A stretch of 59,579 bases of DNA from Octopus bimaculoides (taxonomy: Eukaryota). Location: contig NC_068991.1 of the NCBI RefSeq assembly GCF_001194135.2, forward strand, positions 24,211,322 through 24,270,900. The letters run 5' to 3'. Shown piece after piece: positions 22,675 to 34,810 of the stretch (positions within the stretch are counted from its first letter, which is position 1; every line of letters starts with the position of its first letter). A program made the position numbers and the translations under genes. The notes under the pieces were generated by a model. It did no database searches. It was not told the origin of the DNA and was given only the letters and a program-made list of their open reading frames with translations.

Positions 22675-23690
22675 ATGACGTTATCGAAAGAAATAACAAT
22701 AGACTACCCTAGTAAGCACCCTAACTATAGATTACCCGTTTTAGACACTGAACTCTGGCTAGAAGCGAAGAACGGTAAGGTCCAAATCTTTCACTCCCAT
22801 TATACCAAACCCATGGCTTCTAAGTACCTTGTTCACAAGAACGCAGCGATTGCGGACAATGCCTAGTTCAACATTCTTATAGCTGACTTGGTGAGAGTGA
22901 TGAGGAATGTGTCTCGCATGTGCGACCCTATGGAATTGGAAAGACGCATACGACACTTCATCCGCCGCAAGCAGTTCTCTTGCTACAACCAAAAGGATAG
23001 GATTAGAGTGTACAAAGGAGCCAGGACTAAGTACAAAACCATCATAGAGAGTGATGCTAAGGGGATCTACCCGCTGTATAGGATTAAATCCTAGAACAGT
23101 ATAGAAAGGACTAGTAATAAGATAAATAAGGCCAACACTTGTTATGACATAAAAATACCAGAATGTCATGTTCGTCGATGCTATTCCTTTTTAGAAAAAT
23201 ATTAAGTAAGGCTAATCTACGAATTAAAGTAGTAGAGAGGCCTGGTGCCCCCTTGTAGTCTGTAATACCTATCCCTTTGACAAGTCCCCCTTTACGGAGT
23301 ACAATTGTGTTGTATGTAGGTTCAACCCACAGGTTAACTGTAAGGTTAGGAATGTAGTGTATAGCTTACGATATACTGAGGGACAGTGCAGAAATATGAC
23401 ACCTACCTACATTGGAGAGACTGCAGGCAGCATTGACCAGTGGTATAGGTGAACATTGGCGAGAGCTCAAAGAAGGGAAAAGCTCCTCAGTGCTCTACCA
23501 ACATGCTCGGGCAGAACATGGAGGCTCGATTAATAGCATAGAGGTTAAAGTATTATCGACACATAGAACTGACACCACACTTACACAGATCACAGAGGCT
23601 ACACATAGCAGCAGACAAACCAAGCCTCAGGAGAAAACACGAGTGGAACAGTAACACCCACCACCACACCACATCACATGACTAAAGACA
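22675..23690 (+). mobile_element. Third PLE relic, of a different clade (Neptune/Naiad-like): RT thumb, linker and GIY-YIG
   Basis: ITIDYPSKHPNYRLPVLD...HYTKPMAS...LVRVMRNVS...YPLYR...NCVVC..NCKVRNVVY...TYIGET...GEH...LYQHARAEH...QITEA...KHEW. Confidence 0.9.
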
Positions 23691-24042
23691 GAAGGGATGA
23701 AAAGAGAGAGGGGGAAATCGTAAATAATACACAGAAACAGACAAGGTAATACACACACAATACACATATGTGCACTTAGCTGTGATACTTATGAGAAATA
23801 GAGATAGATGTATAAAAAAGAATAAATATACATATAAATAGATAAATAAATATATAAATATATTTGTCACATACTTGTAATAAATATAAGATATAGATAT
23901 AGATAAAATAAATAAATAAATCTATATAAATGGCATAGATACATACAACATACGAAGCGAACCCATGCACACACAAGAAATTTCACAGACGGCCACAACA
24001 ATGTCAACAACATGATTACCAACGACCGCAGCAGCAGCGGTG

Positions 24043-24073
<31 letters not shown>

Positions 24074-24241
24074 CCATGATGGCAACACCGTGGGCGAACA
24101 CATACACAGAAGAACACAGGAACTGTACCATATTTTCGGGTCTTAGGACAGCAGCAACACAATGGGGTGAGCAGATGGGCTGAGGAGAAGGCCACACTGC
24201 TGCTAAAAACTATGGCACACAGACAAGCATAAACACACACA

Positions 24242-24300
<59 letters not shown>

Positions 24301-25459
24301 NNNNNNNNNNNNNNNNNNNNNNNNNNNNNNNNNNNNNNNNNNNNNNNNNNNNNNNNNNNNNNNNNNNNNNNNNNNNNNNNNNNNNNNNNNNNNNNNNNNN
24401 NNNNNNNNNNNNNNNNNNNNNNNNNNNNNNNNNNNNNNNNNNNNNNNNNNNNNNNNNNNNNNNNNNNNNNNNNNNNNNNNNNNNNNNNNNNNNNNNNNNN
24501 NNNNNNNNNNNNNNNNNNNNNNNNNNNNNNNNNNNNNNNNNNNNNNNNNNNNNNNNNNNNNNNNNNNNNNNNNNNNNNNNNNNNNNNNNNNNNNNNNNNN
24601 NNNNNNNNNNNNNNNNNNNNNNNNNNNNNNNNNNNNNNNNNNNNNNNNNNNNNNNNNNNNNNNNNNNNNNNNNNNNNNNNNNNNNNNNNNNNNNNNNNNN
24701 NNNNNNNNNNNNNNNNNNNNNNNNNNNNNNNNNNNNNNNNNNNNNNNNNNNNNNNNTATATATATATATATGCGTATTTTGCTTGTTTCATCAATGCATT
24801 CATTTGCTAATCATTATGACGGAGGTCTAACGACATTTGTATGAAAAAGAATAGAAATCATATAAAGTATTTGGTCTGCTCTTTTGGATTATTCCGTACA
24901 ATATTGGATATAAATAAGTATTGAGTCTTTGGGAACACTTATGAATGTAATTGAATATATTTTCATATAATTAAATATATTTCTTATAATTGCATTGAAT
25001 TTTTTAGAAATAAAGTCTAGCCTGAAAATATATTTTATTCCATAATTTGTTATCATCATTTTAATATTACAGTAAGTTGTTTAGAGAACTCATCATGAAT
25101 TTAATATTGACTGATATGTTTGTGATTAATTTGTCTTTTGATTAATTTATTTTACTGCTGATATGTTTTCTACAAATATGCCTGTCGACCAATTTGTCAT
25201 TCGGCCATTCTACTTTCTACCCAAATTTATATCGACGAATAAGCTTTCGTAAACGTTCTTGGAGCCTCACATCAAGAAAAAGCCTCGGGTTTCTGATATG
25301 GTTACAAGTTACAACAGAAAACTCCTTCCATATACGGTAAGGTGTTGCCCAGAAAAAGCCAACCGACAGATTGGAAAGGCGTCATTTACTAACTCATTCT
25401 AACATTCTAGTCTTAGTCATGCTATCTGTTCTCTCTTACTTTTATACTAAAAATTGATA

Positions 25460-25622
25460 AGCGTAGGAGTGGATGTGTGGTAAATAGCTTGCTTACCAAC
25501 CACATGGTTCTGGGTTCAGTCCCACTGCGTGAAACCTTGGGCAAGTGTCTTCTACTATAGCCTCGAGCCGACCAAAGCCTTGTGAGTGGATTTGGTAGAC
25601 GGAAACTGAAAGAAGCCCGTCG

Positions 25623-25673
<51 letters not shown>

Positions 25674-25810
25674 GTGTGTATGTGTTTGTCCCCCAACATC
25701 GCTTGACAACCGATGCTGGTGTGTTTACGTCCCTGTAACTTAGCGGTTCGGCAAAAGAAACCGATAGAATAAGTACTAGGCTTACAAAGAATAAGTCTTG
25801 GGGTCGATTA
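25460..25810 (+). mobile_element. SINE family B with internal (TA)n(TATG)n
   Basis: Head and central domain as at 8072, microsatellite at 25624-25685, then the 3' half up to a gap. Confidence 0.93.
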
Positions 25811-26608
25811 NNNNNNNNNNNNNNNNNNNNNNNNNNNNNNNNNNNNNNNNNNNNNNNNNNNNNNNNNNNNNNNNNNNNNNNNNNNNNNNNNNNNNNNNNN
25901 NNNNNNNNNNNNNNNNNNNNNNNNNNNNNNNNNNNNNNNNNNNNNNNNNNNNNNNNNNNNNNNNNNNNNNNNNNNNNNNNNNNNNNNNNNNNNNNNNNNN
26001 NNNNNNNNNNNNNNNNNNNNNNNNNNNNNNNNNNNNNNNNNNNNNNNNNNNNNNNNNNNNNNNNNNNNNNNNNNNNNNNNNNNNNNNNNNNNNNNNNNNN
26101 NNNNNNNNNNNNNNNNNNNNNNNNNNNNNNNNNNNNNNNNNNNNNNNNNNNNNNNNNNNNNNNNNNNNNNNNNNNNNNNNNNNNNNNNNNNNNNNNNNNN
26201 NNNNNNNNNNNNNNNNNNNNNNNNNNNNNNNNNNNNNNNNNNNNNNNNNNNNNNNNNNNNNNNNNNNNNNNNNNNNNNNNNNNNNNNNNNNNNNNNNNNN
26301 NNNNNNNNNNNNNNNNNNNNNNNNNNNNNNNNNNNNNNNNNNNNNNNNNNNNNNNNNNNNNNNNNNNNNNNNNNNNNNNNNNNNNNNNNNNNNNNNNNNN
26401 NNNNNNNNNNNNNNNNNNNNNNNNNNNNNNNGTGTTGGATGTTTTTCTTGAAGAGCTGCAAACTCACGACTGCGGGAAAAAACATGGACGGGGAAGAAGT
26501 TCAATTTCTGACGTTTTCGAGTAGGTATCGCTTGTTGATAGCAATTAGTAGGGAGCCTAAGGATGTATGTAAAGGGATGGAAGAAATATAATACGAGTGG
26601 CAATAGAA

Positions 26609-26760
26609 ACATTATTTACATTATTTACATTTGATGGATATTTGTCCTCATCTTGTTTGTTGTTAACACAACGTTTCGGCTGATATACCCTCCAGCCTTC
26701 ATCAGGTGTCTTGGGGGAAAATTCGAACCTGGGTTCTCATTCTTCGGGTATTTTTTTTAT
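26609..26760 (-). mobile_element. 3' part of a hammerhead-bearing short repeat
   Basis: Inverted homologue of 26985-27100; ends in (AATGTAAAT)n. Confidence 0.88.
26665..26710 (-). ncRNA. Minimal type I hammerhead ribozyme (PLE-like, palindromic stem III)
   Basis: GACAC-CTGATGA-A-GGCTG-GAGGGTATAT-CAGCC-GAA-ACGT-T-GTGTT. Stem I 5 bp, stem II 5 bp, ACGT palindrome, GUU triplet. Confidence 0.85.
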
Positions 26761-26844
26761 GTTAGCATATGGGAACCGGTATTAAGGAAGGATAAGAAAA
26801 TATTAGATTTATAAGCCCTAAAAATTCACTCCATAATTTCCCAC

Positions 26845-26915
26845 GGGCATATGACGTAGTGATTAAGAGCGTGGGCTACTAACACCAAGATTCCGACCTC
26901 GATTCCAGGCAGTAA

Positions 26916-26986
<71 letters not shown>

Positions 26987-27128
26987 TCGAAAACCCAGGT
27001 TCGAAATTTCCCCAAGGCTGGAGGGTATATCAACCGAAACGTTGTGTTAACAACAAGATGAGGACAAATATTCGTCAAATGTAAATAATGTAAATAATGT
27101 ACATAATTCCTCATCTCTTAAATATAGA
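26845..27128 (+). mobile_element. tRNA-headed short element: head, (AAT)n, hammerhead-derived tail (core deleted in this copy)
   Basis: Degenerate A box TGACGTAGTGA, B box GACCTCGATTCC, (AAT)n at about 26920-26982, tail homologous to 26609-26760 but lacking ACACCTGATGAAG. Confidence 0.75.
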
Positions 27129-27964
27129 ATTGGCAACAGAAATTTGGCGGTTTGAGAGGGGGTGAAATGAAGTGGAACAAGAGCAGTCAGTTTTGAAGAG
27201 AAGAGTCCTGTCGATACTTTGATATAAAAGTAAGAGAGAACAGACAGCATGTTGGAATGAGTTAGTAAGTGACGTCATTCCAATCTGTCGGCTGTTTTTT
27301 TTTTCTAGGTGTGGTTTCGGTTATCCGTGCACAAAGCAGCAACACCTTATGAAACAGTATTCTGTTATGAGTTAGTTTCACTATCCAAGAAACATGAGAG
27401 CGTGTCAATATTGACAAGAAGTGTAGCCTTCCTTAGACTCGTGACCGCTATGTCACCGCGTGTTTCGAAAATTATGCTTTTGCGATCGAAGAATAAGAGA
27501 AATACCTGCTAAACAAAAGAAATAATGATGCACTTAGATTTCCCAGATGCAACCGAAAATATTGATTAAATCACGTATCTATGAAGGATATTATACAAAT
27601 AAACGGTAGTTGCCCAAAAGCTATTACCGTCTTATGCTTCCTACGTTGTTGATAAAACAATACGCTACGAATAGAAGACACTGCCTTGAGATGAATATGA
27701 AAAGGATATTTCTAAAGTTGAGAACATTCACACGTTACAAGACAATGAATACCGCTGGATCATTGTCATTTAAACACTCTTTAAATGCAAACACATCACG
27801 TCTGACATAATTATTTGAGACAGAAAACAAATACTATGTACATTTGTGCAGATAGCTACCCAGTGGATACGGACATTTTATTCTAAATCAATACTAAAAG
27901 AGAATATTTATAAACAATTAATGCCAAATTTACCAAAATTGTACTATAATAATTTTCATTCTTA

Positions 27965-27981
27965 AGGTTATAATAATAATA

Positions 27982-28022
<41 letters not shown>

Positions 28023-28420
28023 GATTATTATTATTATTATTATTATTGTTCAGTAGTTTTATTTTTATAACGTGCTTTCACTTCACTACCGAGCGCAGCT
28101 CTGTGTGCCTTGGGTATGTGCTGTGGTTTGCTGTGATGCTCTTATGGTTACTGTATTGAAAGTGTTTTGCGTAGGATGTGTGCAGTGCCCAGTAGTGCAA
28201 TTTTCTGTATGTTATATATATTTGTAAGTCCTGGTGTTTTTGTTATGTATTTGTCTGAATATTTTTTTATTATACCTAAGGCACCTACTATGATAGGAAT
28301 TGTTTCTGTTTTTAGATTCCACATTCGAGTTATCTCTATTTACAGGTCTTTGTATTTTGAAAGTTTTTCCATTTCTTTTAGGGAAACGTTGTCATCTGCT
28401 GATAATGATACATCAATTAG
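27965..28420 (-). mobile_element. R4/Dong-clade non-LTR retrotransposon 3' end with (TAA)n
   Basis: FLIDVSLSADDNVSLKEMEKLSKYKDL*IEITRMW...IPIIVGALG...QKIALLGTAHILRKTLS (restriction-like endonuclease); (AAT)n at 27965-28048. Confidence 0.92.
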
Positions 28421-29303
28421 AAAGCATATGATTTATTGTTTCTTGTCCATCTCCACATATTCTACAGTTACTTGTTATGTTTCTTTTCATTATATGTTTT
28501 TGGTAATTTCTGGTGGGGAAATGTTTATACCAACCATGTATTTAGTATCTACAGAGTTGGATTTATGCTTTTTAATATGTTCATCTTCAATATTTAGTGA
28601 GTGTAATTAAAAAAATGAAGATAGTAATAAATGCATCAAGTAATTTGTTGTAACGTAGATAAGCTCGTCGCCACTTTTATATCGTGGCGCTATATGTCAC
28701 TTTTATAATTTATAACAGGGTTATATACGACACCACGGAATGGGGTAGACACCAACTGTCTCTACTTGATGTATTCTCAAATACTCTGCCAAAAACTGTA
28801 ACCAATCCAAAGCAACTTTCAACGTATTACAACAACGTCTCAACAATTTTCTACGACTCCACGAACTCGCAAACACCTTTCGATTTCCTGCGATTTCTCA
28901 TCTCCCACTTCCAATCAAAACACGCTGCTACTTATACGAGTTCGGCTAGTCCATTCTCACAGGGGGTGTCATGATTCTATCCATAACATCTCCCCTTTTG
29001 AGATTTGTTTTCTGTAAGAAGTACAAATTGTTTGTTGAATTTTATCTTTTTTTTTTTTCATCCTCACCTCTCCCTTTTTTAAGATTTTATTTTCCGCTTA
29101 GGGACTATTTCTAGTCGTTCTGTTTGTTTACGTTTACTATTGCTGATCCGCCTAGGTTCAACCTCTTTTGGCGTCGGAACATCGAACAAGTCATAACAAA
29201 CTTCCATCGGTATTTCTTCTCTTTTTTCCGTATGTGTAGTCTTCAACTGCTTCAAATGTCATTTATGATCTCCTATTTGACCTTTTATTATGCACATCAT
29301 ACT

Positions 29304-29534
29304 TATTTCTTTACTGCCCACAGGGAGCTAAACACAGAGGGGACAAACAAGGACAGACAAACGGAATAAGTCGATTATATCGACCCCAATGCGTAACTGG
29401 TACTTATTTAATCGACCCCGAAAGGATGAATGGCAAAGTCGACCTCGGCGGAATTTGAACTCAGAACGTAGCGGCAGACGAAATACCGCTAAGCATTTCA
29501 CCCGGCGTGCTAACGTTTCTGCCAGCTCGCCGCC
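29304..29534 (-). mobile_element. Full-length SINE family A in the Gypsy integrase, 20-bp TSD
   Basis: TSD TTTATTATGCACATCATACT at 29284-29303 and 29535-29554. Confidence 0.95.
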
Positions 29535-30281
29535 TTTATTATGCACATCATACTGCCTACTCTTTTCGTCACTCTACCGTCCTCCCAACCTTGTCTTCTA
29601 TTGTTATATATTTTGAAATTATCTTAATCTCCCACATTAACATACTTTGTTGTGTTTCTTGGGTTTTCCCTATAAGTTTTTTTTAAATTTTTGTAAGTAA
29701 CAATTTATCAAAAATTGATTTTCTCTTTCGGGCGAACATTAGCTCTGTGGGCGACTTGCCTGAACAGGTGTTCTTGTTACGTGTTACCCTGTAAACCCTT
29801 AAGAATTGAGTTAGTGCTGCATCATTGCCTAACTCATTTCCTGTTTTTTTTCTTTAGTGCTCGCTTAAATGTATCTACGAACCATTCTGCTTGCCCATTT
29901 GATCTCGGGTGGTACGGCGGAGCAGAGATGTGATTGATCATACCTCTCACAGAAATTTTAAAAATCGTACCCAGAAAACTGCGTTCCGTTATTCGACACT
30001 ATGGTGTCCGGGATACCGTATCGCGCAAAAAGTTAGTGAAGGAATCCAATTGTTACTTTCGAGGTTGGTTGGCTGCATTTATATATCTCCGGCCACTTGG
30101 TATGGCCATTTACTATGATCAGATAATACGCGCCGTTTACCGGTCTTGCAAAATCTATATGTTGCCTGGACCACGGATTGTCTCTCTTAGGCCACGATTA
30201 GAATTTCACCAGTGCTGACTTTGCTGCGAGAGCATAACTCCTGCAGGATTTCACCAATTGTTCAATATCACGGTCTATAGT

Positions 30282-30302
30282 GGGTTAGGGTTAGGGTTAG
30301 GG
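30282..30302 (+). repeat. Interstitial telomeric repeat GGG(TTAGGG)3
   Basis: Direct reading; lies within the integrase HHCC coding region. Confidence 0.9.
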
Positions 30303-32206
30303 TAACTCCACATTACTGATTTAATTCTTAAAATCCCTGGGTGTCCTATATGATATTCACTTAATACCTGAGTTTGTAGCGCGGCTGGCACTACAACTCT
30401 TTGTGTGTACATCAACACATCACGCAGAGAAAAATGGTTCGCATTTGAATTACGTCTATTTTTATTTTATTTTACCTTCAGCGTTTCTTTCATCTTTGCA
30501 ATGAATTTGTCATTCTCAGATTTTAATTTTATATCTTGAGCAGTTACTGGCAGCTCCCGAATGACGTTACACAAAATGTTTTTACAGAACAGATTTATGG
30601 GGAGGTCCTATAAATCAAACAACGCCATCCAGTCAGTACCGCACAAGTTTGTCGCATTTTTTAACACAATCACTTTTGGTTTATAAATTTTACGTCGAAA
30701 GATAATGTCGCTTACCATTTTGCCTAAGAAGTGTTATCTTTCACCTGTGACGCCTCGCGCATTTTTCGATGTTTTAATGTAAGTTTCTCACACGTGTCGG
30801 TGTAAATAATTGTAATGTCGCTACATGTGTCTTGTTGTAGTTTCACGTTCGCGTCTTTTATTTTTACACATACTTTCCGTTTTGGGTGCCGTCACGACTT
30901 TCCGTTGAGTAAACCTTTTTTGAACAATTTTTTCCGACCTTTTTTGCTTCGTTATGCAGTGCGAGCGTTTATGTCCTACTATTTGACAACTAAAACATTT
31001 ACCAGTTTTAAATGGACAGTCTTGCTTAAAACGCAGACCTCCAGACCCATTTCATGGATTTGGTCGTAATATTCTTTTTTGTTTATTTATTCCCGGTCGA
31101 TATATCTGTACTTGAGAGAAATTTTCAGTTTTCTTTACGCCTTGTCGCAGGTTGATAATTCTTTGACATTCTTCCGCTCCTGACTGGAGAGTTAAATTCT
31201 GGTCTTCCTGTTCTAGTTTTGTAAGGATCCGTGCATATATTTCTGCATCTTTGTTTGCCGTCACCTTGCACAAAGATGAGGCATTTAAATATGTCCGGAG
31301 ATAATTCCTTCAGTTTAAACTTTTCGCACATTTTATTTACGATTCCGGCTTAACTGACAAAATCTTCGTCTTCTTCTTTTACTAAGTTCAAACAATCCCA
31401 GTGAGTGTTAAACAGGGAATTCTTATCGCTGAACATTTTGGATAGCAATTCAATTGTTCCCTCAAAACAGATTTCACTTATTTTTTTAGGCAAGATAAAA
31501 TTGCAGTATTTTTCATGTTCTGAAGAACCTAGTTTCTGTAACAGTTTTCTCACCTTTTCATCGTCTGTCCAATACTTGCATTCTTCCTTGAAGATTTCTT
31601 TGTATCTTCTCACTCATTTAAGTGTGGAAGAAAAAGATAATTCTACGACTTTATTAAATGCATTTGGTATTTAAAAGATAAGAACATTAAGTACGACTTA
31701 AAGTGTTCCATTAATAGTTACGCACCATTGTACAAAATTGGCAATTCAACATGTGATCTTTGCTTTGAAGAAATGTATCATATAATTACTCCTAAATCAA
31801 TTTTATTAAACTTTAATGAGAATTTTACAATTAAATGTTGTCACAAATTTCGGAAGGCATCTAAATATTTCAATTTTTAATTATAATTGCTTTTCATGTG
31901 TTATATAATAAGCATAATTTTTTAAAAAAAAAGTTTGTCGTAGCGTAGAATCTCCATGTAACATAGAATTCTTATGTTTAGTTTTTATTCTTCCGTTATC
32001 CATTGACATCACCAAGAGTTGAATACAAAAATACCTTTTCTTAGATTATATTTCTTCTTAATGTTCTTTTTGTATGCGTTCGTGTACTGGAAATATTTCC
32101 TTTGTTCACTTTGAATTCACCTAATTCTGGATCGCCTTGAAAACGCTGTGCTAACATGTAATTTCGGATATATTAATTCTATTGATATCTTCTATATCTA
32201 TATATA

Positions 32207-32786
32207 CAGGGTGTCCCTATACAAAGGGAATGATTATAAAGTTCGTGTTTATTAAAACAGACAGAATTTAATTTTCTTTTTTATGAACGTCTGTTTTCAA
32301 ACTGATGCCCGTTCTGGCGCATGCGTAGATGTGCTCAGTATTTGTGCACATCTCATTTAATGGCTGCCCTCATTTTGTCGGTTGTTACCGACTTTGTATC
32401 GTAAACTTTATTTCTTTAAGTATTCCCATAAAAATATCCAGTGGTGTGAGTTCCAGTGAACGCGGAAGGTATTCTACAGAATTTCTTCATCCAATCCACA
32501 TGGCATAATCTAATCTAGGTAGGCTCTTACATAATACTGGTAGTGCTGGGATGTCCTATCTTGCTGGAAGTATATTTCCACATCTTCAACAGCTTCGTGA
32601 ATGCTTGTCATTACAGACTATCGCAGCAAGTTCAAGAGAGACCAGTCACAGTACCGTTAAAATGGTGCAGTCAGACCATTTCATAGCTTAATCTGTCTCC
32701 CTTCATTATTTCTAATGCGTTAAATCTAAAAAGAAATGAAGTTATCAGTTGTTAAGGTGAGTGTGCATTTTGGTGGGGACATCCTG
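32207..32786 (-). mobile_element. Internally deleted Tc1/mariner element (DD37D/maT-like)
   Basis: TIRs CAGGGTGTCCC / CAGGATGTCCC, TA at the left end; IYFQQDRTSQHY..VRAYLD...PRSLELTPLD (cf. FQQDGAPPH...WPPRSPDLTPLD). Confidence 0.85.
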
Positions 32787-33013
32787 TGTATGTGTATGTA
32801 GTCAAGTAGTATAGAAACTTTCCGATTACGAGTTTGAGCCTCTTGAAATTTGTTCTTTGTTTTTTCTCTTGTATTTGTTTTATTTTGTTTTTGTTTTTTC
32901 GAAAATCTATAAATATTGGTATCATTCATTGATGCCTGGTCATTTCATGGAGAGTACCTGAACAGTACCAACCATATTTTTGTAATATTAATCTTGTTTA
33001 TGAAGAACGCATC

Positions 33014-33750
33014 ATGGAACTAAGCATAGAGCATATTCTTCACATCATTTTTTACGAGTTTCATCGAGCTTTTAATGCAGCCGCAGATGCCAAAAGTGTT
33101 CAAAGGCAATCAAGATGCAGTGAATAAAAGAACTTGTTGAAGGAAGTTTGGAAAATTCAGATGTGACAATGAGAAAGCTTTCCACTGAAGTCAATGTTAA
33201 CATTATGGCCTTCATTATCGTTTGAAGAAGCTAGAAAAGCCTGGCTACTGTGAATTATTTCATATGCGTAATCACCAGACATGTTTAAACTGGGTTGTGA
33301 CAGGAGATGAGTAATAGATTCTTTACGACAATATTTGTTTCAAATTTTGGCGCAAGGCCAGCAATTTTTGGGAAGGGGGATAGTCGATTGCATCGACCTC
33401 AATACTCAACTGGTTCTTATCTTACAGACCCTGAAAGAATGAAAGGCAAAGTCGACCTCGGCGGAATTTGAGTGCAGAACATGAAGACAGACGAAATGCC
33501 GCTAAGTATTTTGTCCGACGAGTTAACGACTCTGCTAGCTCGCTGCCTTCTTTATGGCAATATTAAGCACAGCAAACAGTGATTAAGAAAATTTTATTGC
33601 GTGTTTGGTACGATAATGAAGGAATTATTCATTATAAGCTTTTAGGGTTGAATCAGTCAGCAACTTCACTATTTAAAGATTGTTTTCGATAGAAAATTAT
33701 CTGTTTTAATAAAGTTCAAGTGGTTCTCTTTCAAGATAATGCTCGACCTC
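33014..33750 (+). mobile_element. Mariner transposase relic interrupted by a SINE
   Basis: MELSIEHILHIIFYEFHR...DAVNKRTC*RKFGKFR and ILLRVWYDNEGIIHYKLL...VLFQDNARP. Confidence 0.75.
33335..33550 (-). mobile_element. SINE family A (older subfamily)
   Basis: Complete head, central domain and tail. Confidence 0.88.
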
Positions 33751-34079
33751 GAGGGTTGATCCAATCAGCGGAACAGCCTGCTCGTGAAATTAACGTGCAA
33801 ATGGCTGAGCACCCTTAACGTAGTTCTCGGGGGATATTCAGCGTGACACAGTGTGACAAGGCTGACCCTTTGAATTACAGGCACAACAGAAACAGGAAGT
33901 TAGAGTGAGAGAAAGATGTGGTGAATGAGTACAGCAGGGTTCACCACCATCCCCTGCCAGAGCCTCGTGGAGCTTTTAGGTGTCTTTGCTCAATAAACAC
34001 TCACAACGCCCGGTCTGGGAATCGAAACCGCGATCCTATGACCGCGAGTCCGCTGCCCTAGCCACTGGGCTATTGCGCC
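33750..34079 (-). mobile_element. SINE family C, near full length
   Basis: tRNA head GGCGCAATAGCCCAGTGGCTAGGGCAGCGG...GGTTTCGATTCCC; tail as at 6227. Confidence 0.92.
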
Positions 34080-34810
34080 ACCACTTCTAAGATCTACATG
34101 CTTCATANNNNNNNNNNNNNNNNNNNNNNNNNNNNNNNNNNNNNNNNNNNNNNNNNNNNNNNNNNNNNNNNNNNNNNNNNNNNNNNNNNNNNNNNNNNNN
34201 NNNNNNNNNNNNNNNNNNNNNNNNNNNNNNNNNNNNNNNNNNNNNNNNNNNNNNNNNNNNNNNNNNNNNNNNNNNNNNNNNNNNNNNNNNNNNNNNNNNN
34301 NNNNNNNNNNNNNNNNNNNNNNNNNNNNNNNNNNNNNNNNNNNNNNNNNNNNNNNNNNNNNNNNNNNNNNNNNNNNNNNNNNNNNNNNNNNNNNNNNNNN
34401 NNNNNNNNNNNNNNNNNNNNNNNNNNNNNNNNNNNNNNNNNNNNNNNNNNNNNNNNNNNNNNNNNNNNNNNNNNNNNNNNNNNNNNNNNNNNNNNNNNNN
34501 NNNNNNNNNNNNNNNNNNNNNNNNNNNNNNNNNNNNNNNNNNNNNNNNNNNNNNNNNNNNNNNNNNNNNNNNNNNNNNNNNNNNNNNNNNNNNNNNNNNN
34601 NNNNNNNNNNNNNNNNNNNNNNNNNNNNNNNNNNNNNNNNNNNNNNNNNNNNNNNNNNNNNNNNNNNNNNNNNNNNNNNNNNNNNNNNNNNNNNNNNNNN
34701 NNNNNNNNNNNNNNNNNNNNNNNNNNNNNNNNNNNNNNNNNNNNNNNNNNNNNNNNNNNNNNNNNNNNNNNNNNNNNNNNNNNNNNNNNNNNNNNNNNNN
34801 NNNNNNNNNN

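Larger units (their letters stand above)
28647..31680 (-). mobile_element. Gypsy LTR retrotransposon relic: gag, protease, [no RT/RNase H], integrase, PPT, 3' LTR
   Basis: Gag ORFs at 31052-31613, knuckle KCFSCQIVGHKRSHC, protease VKLQQDTCSDITII, integrase HPGI...PWSRQHIDFA...GIPDTIVSNNGTQF...PPYHPRSNGQAE, C-terminus LFDVPTPKEVEPRR, PPT AAAAGGGGAGA at 28989-28999, LTR about 28647-28988. Confidence 0.93.

Noticed and set aside
24180-24225. CTGAGGAG...AAAAC as a hammerhead at the third PLE's 3' end
   Set aside because: No GAAA and no consistent stems I-III.
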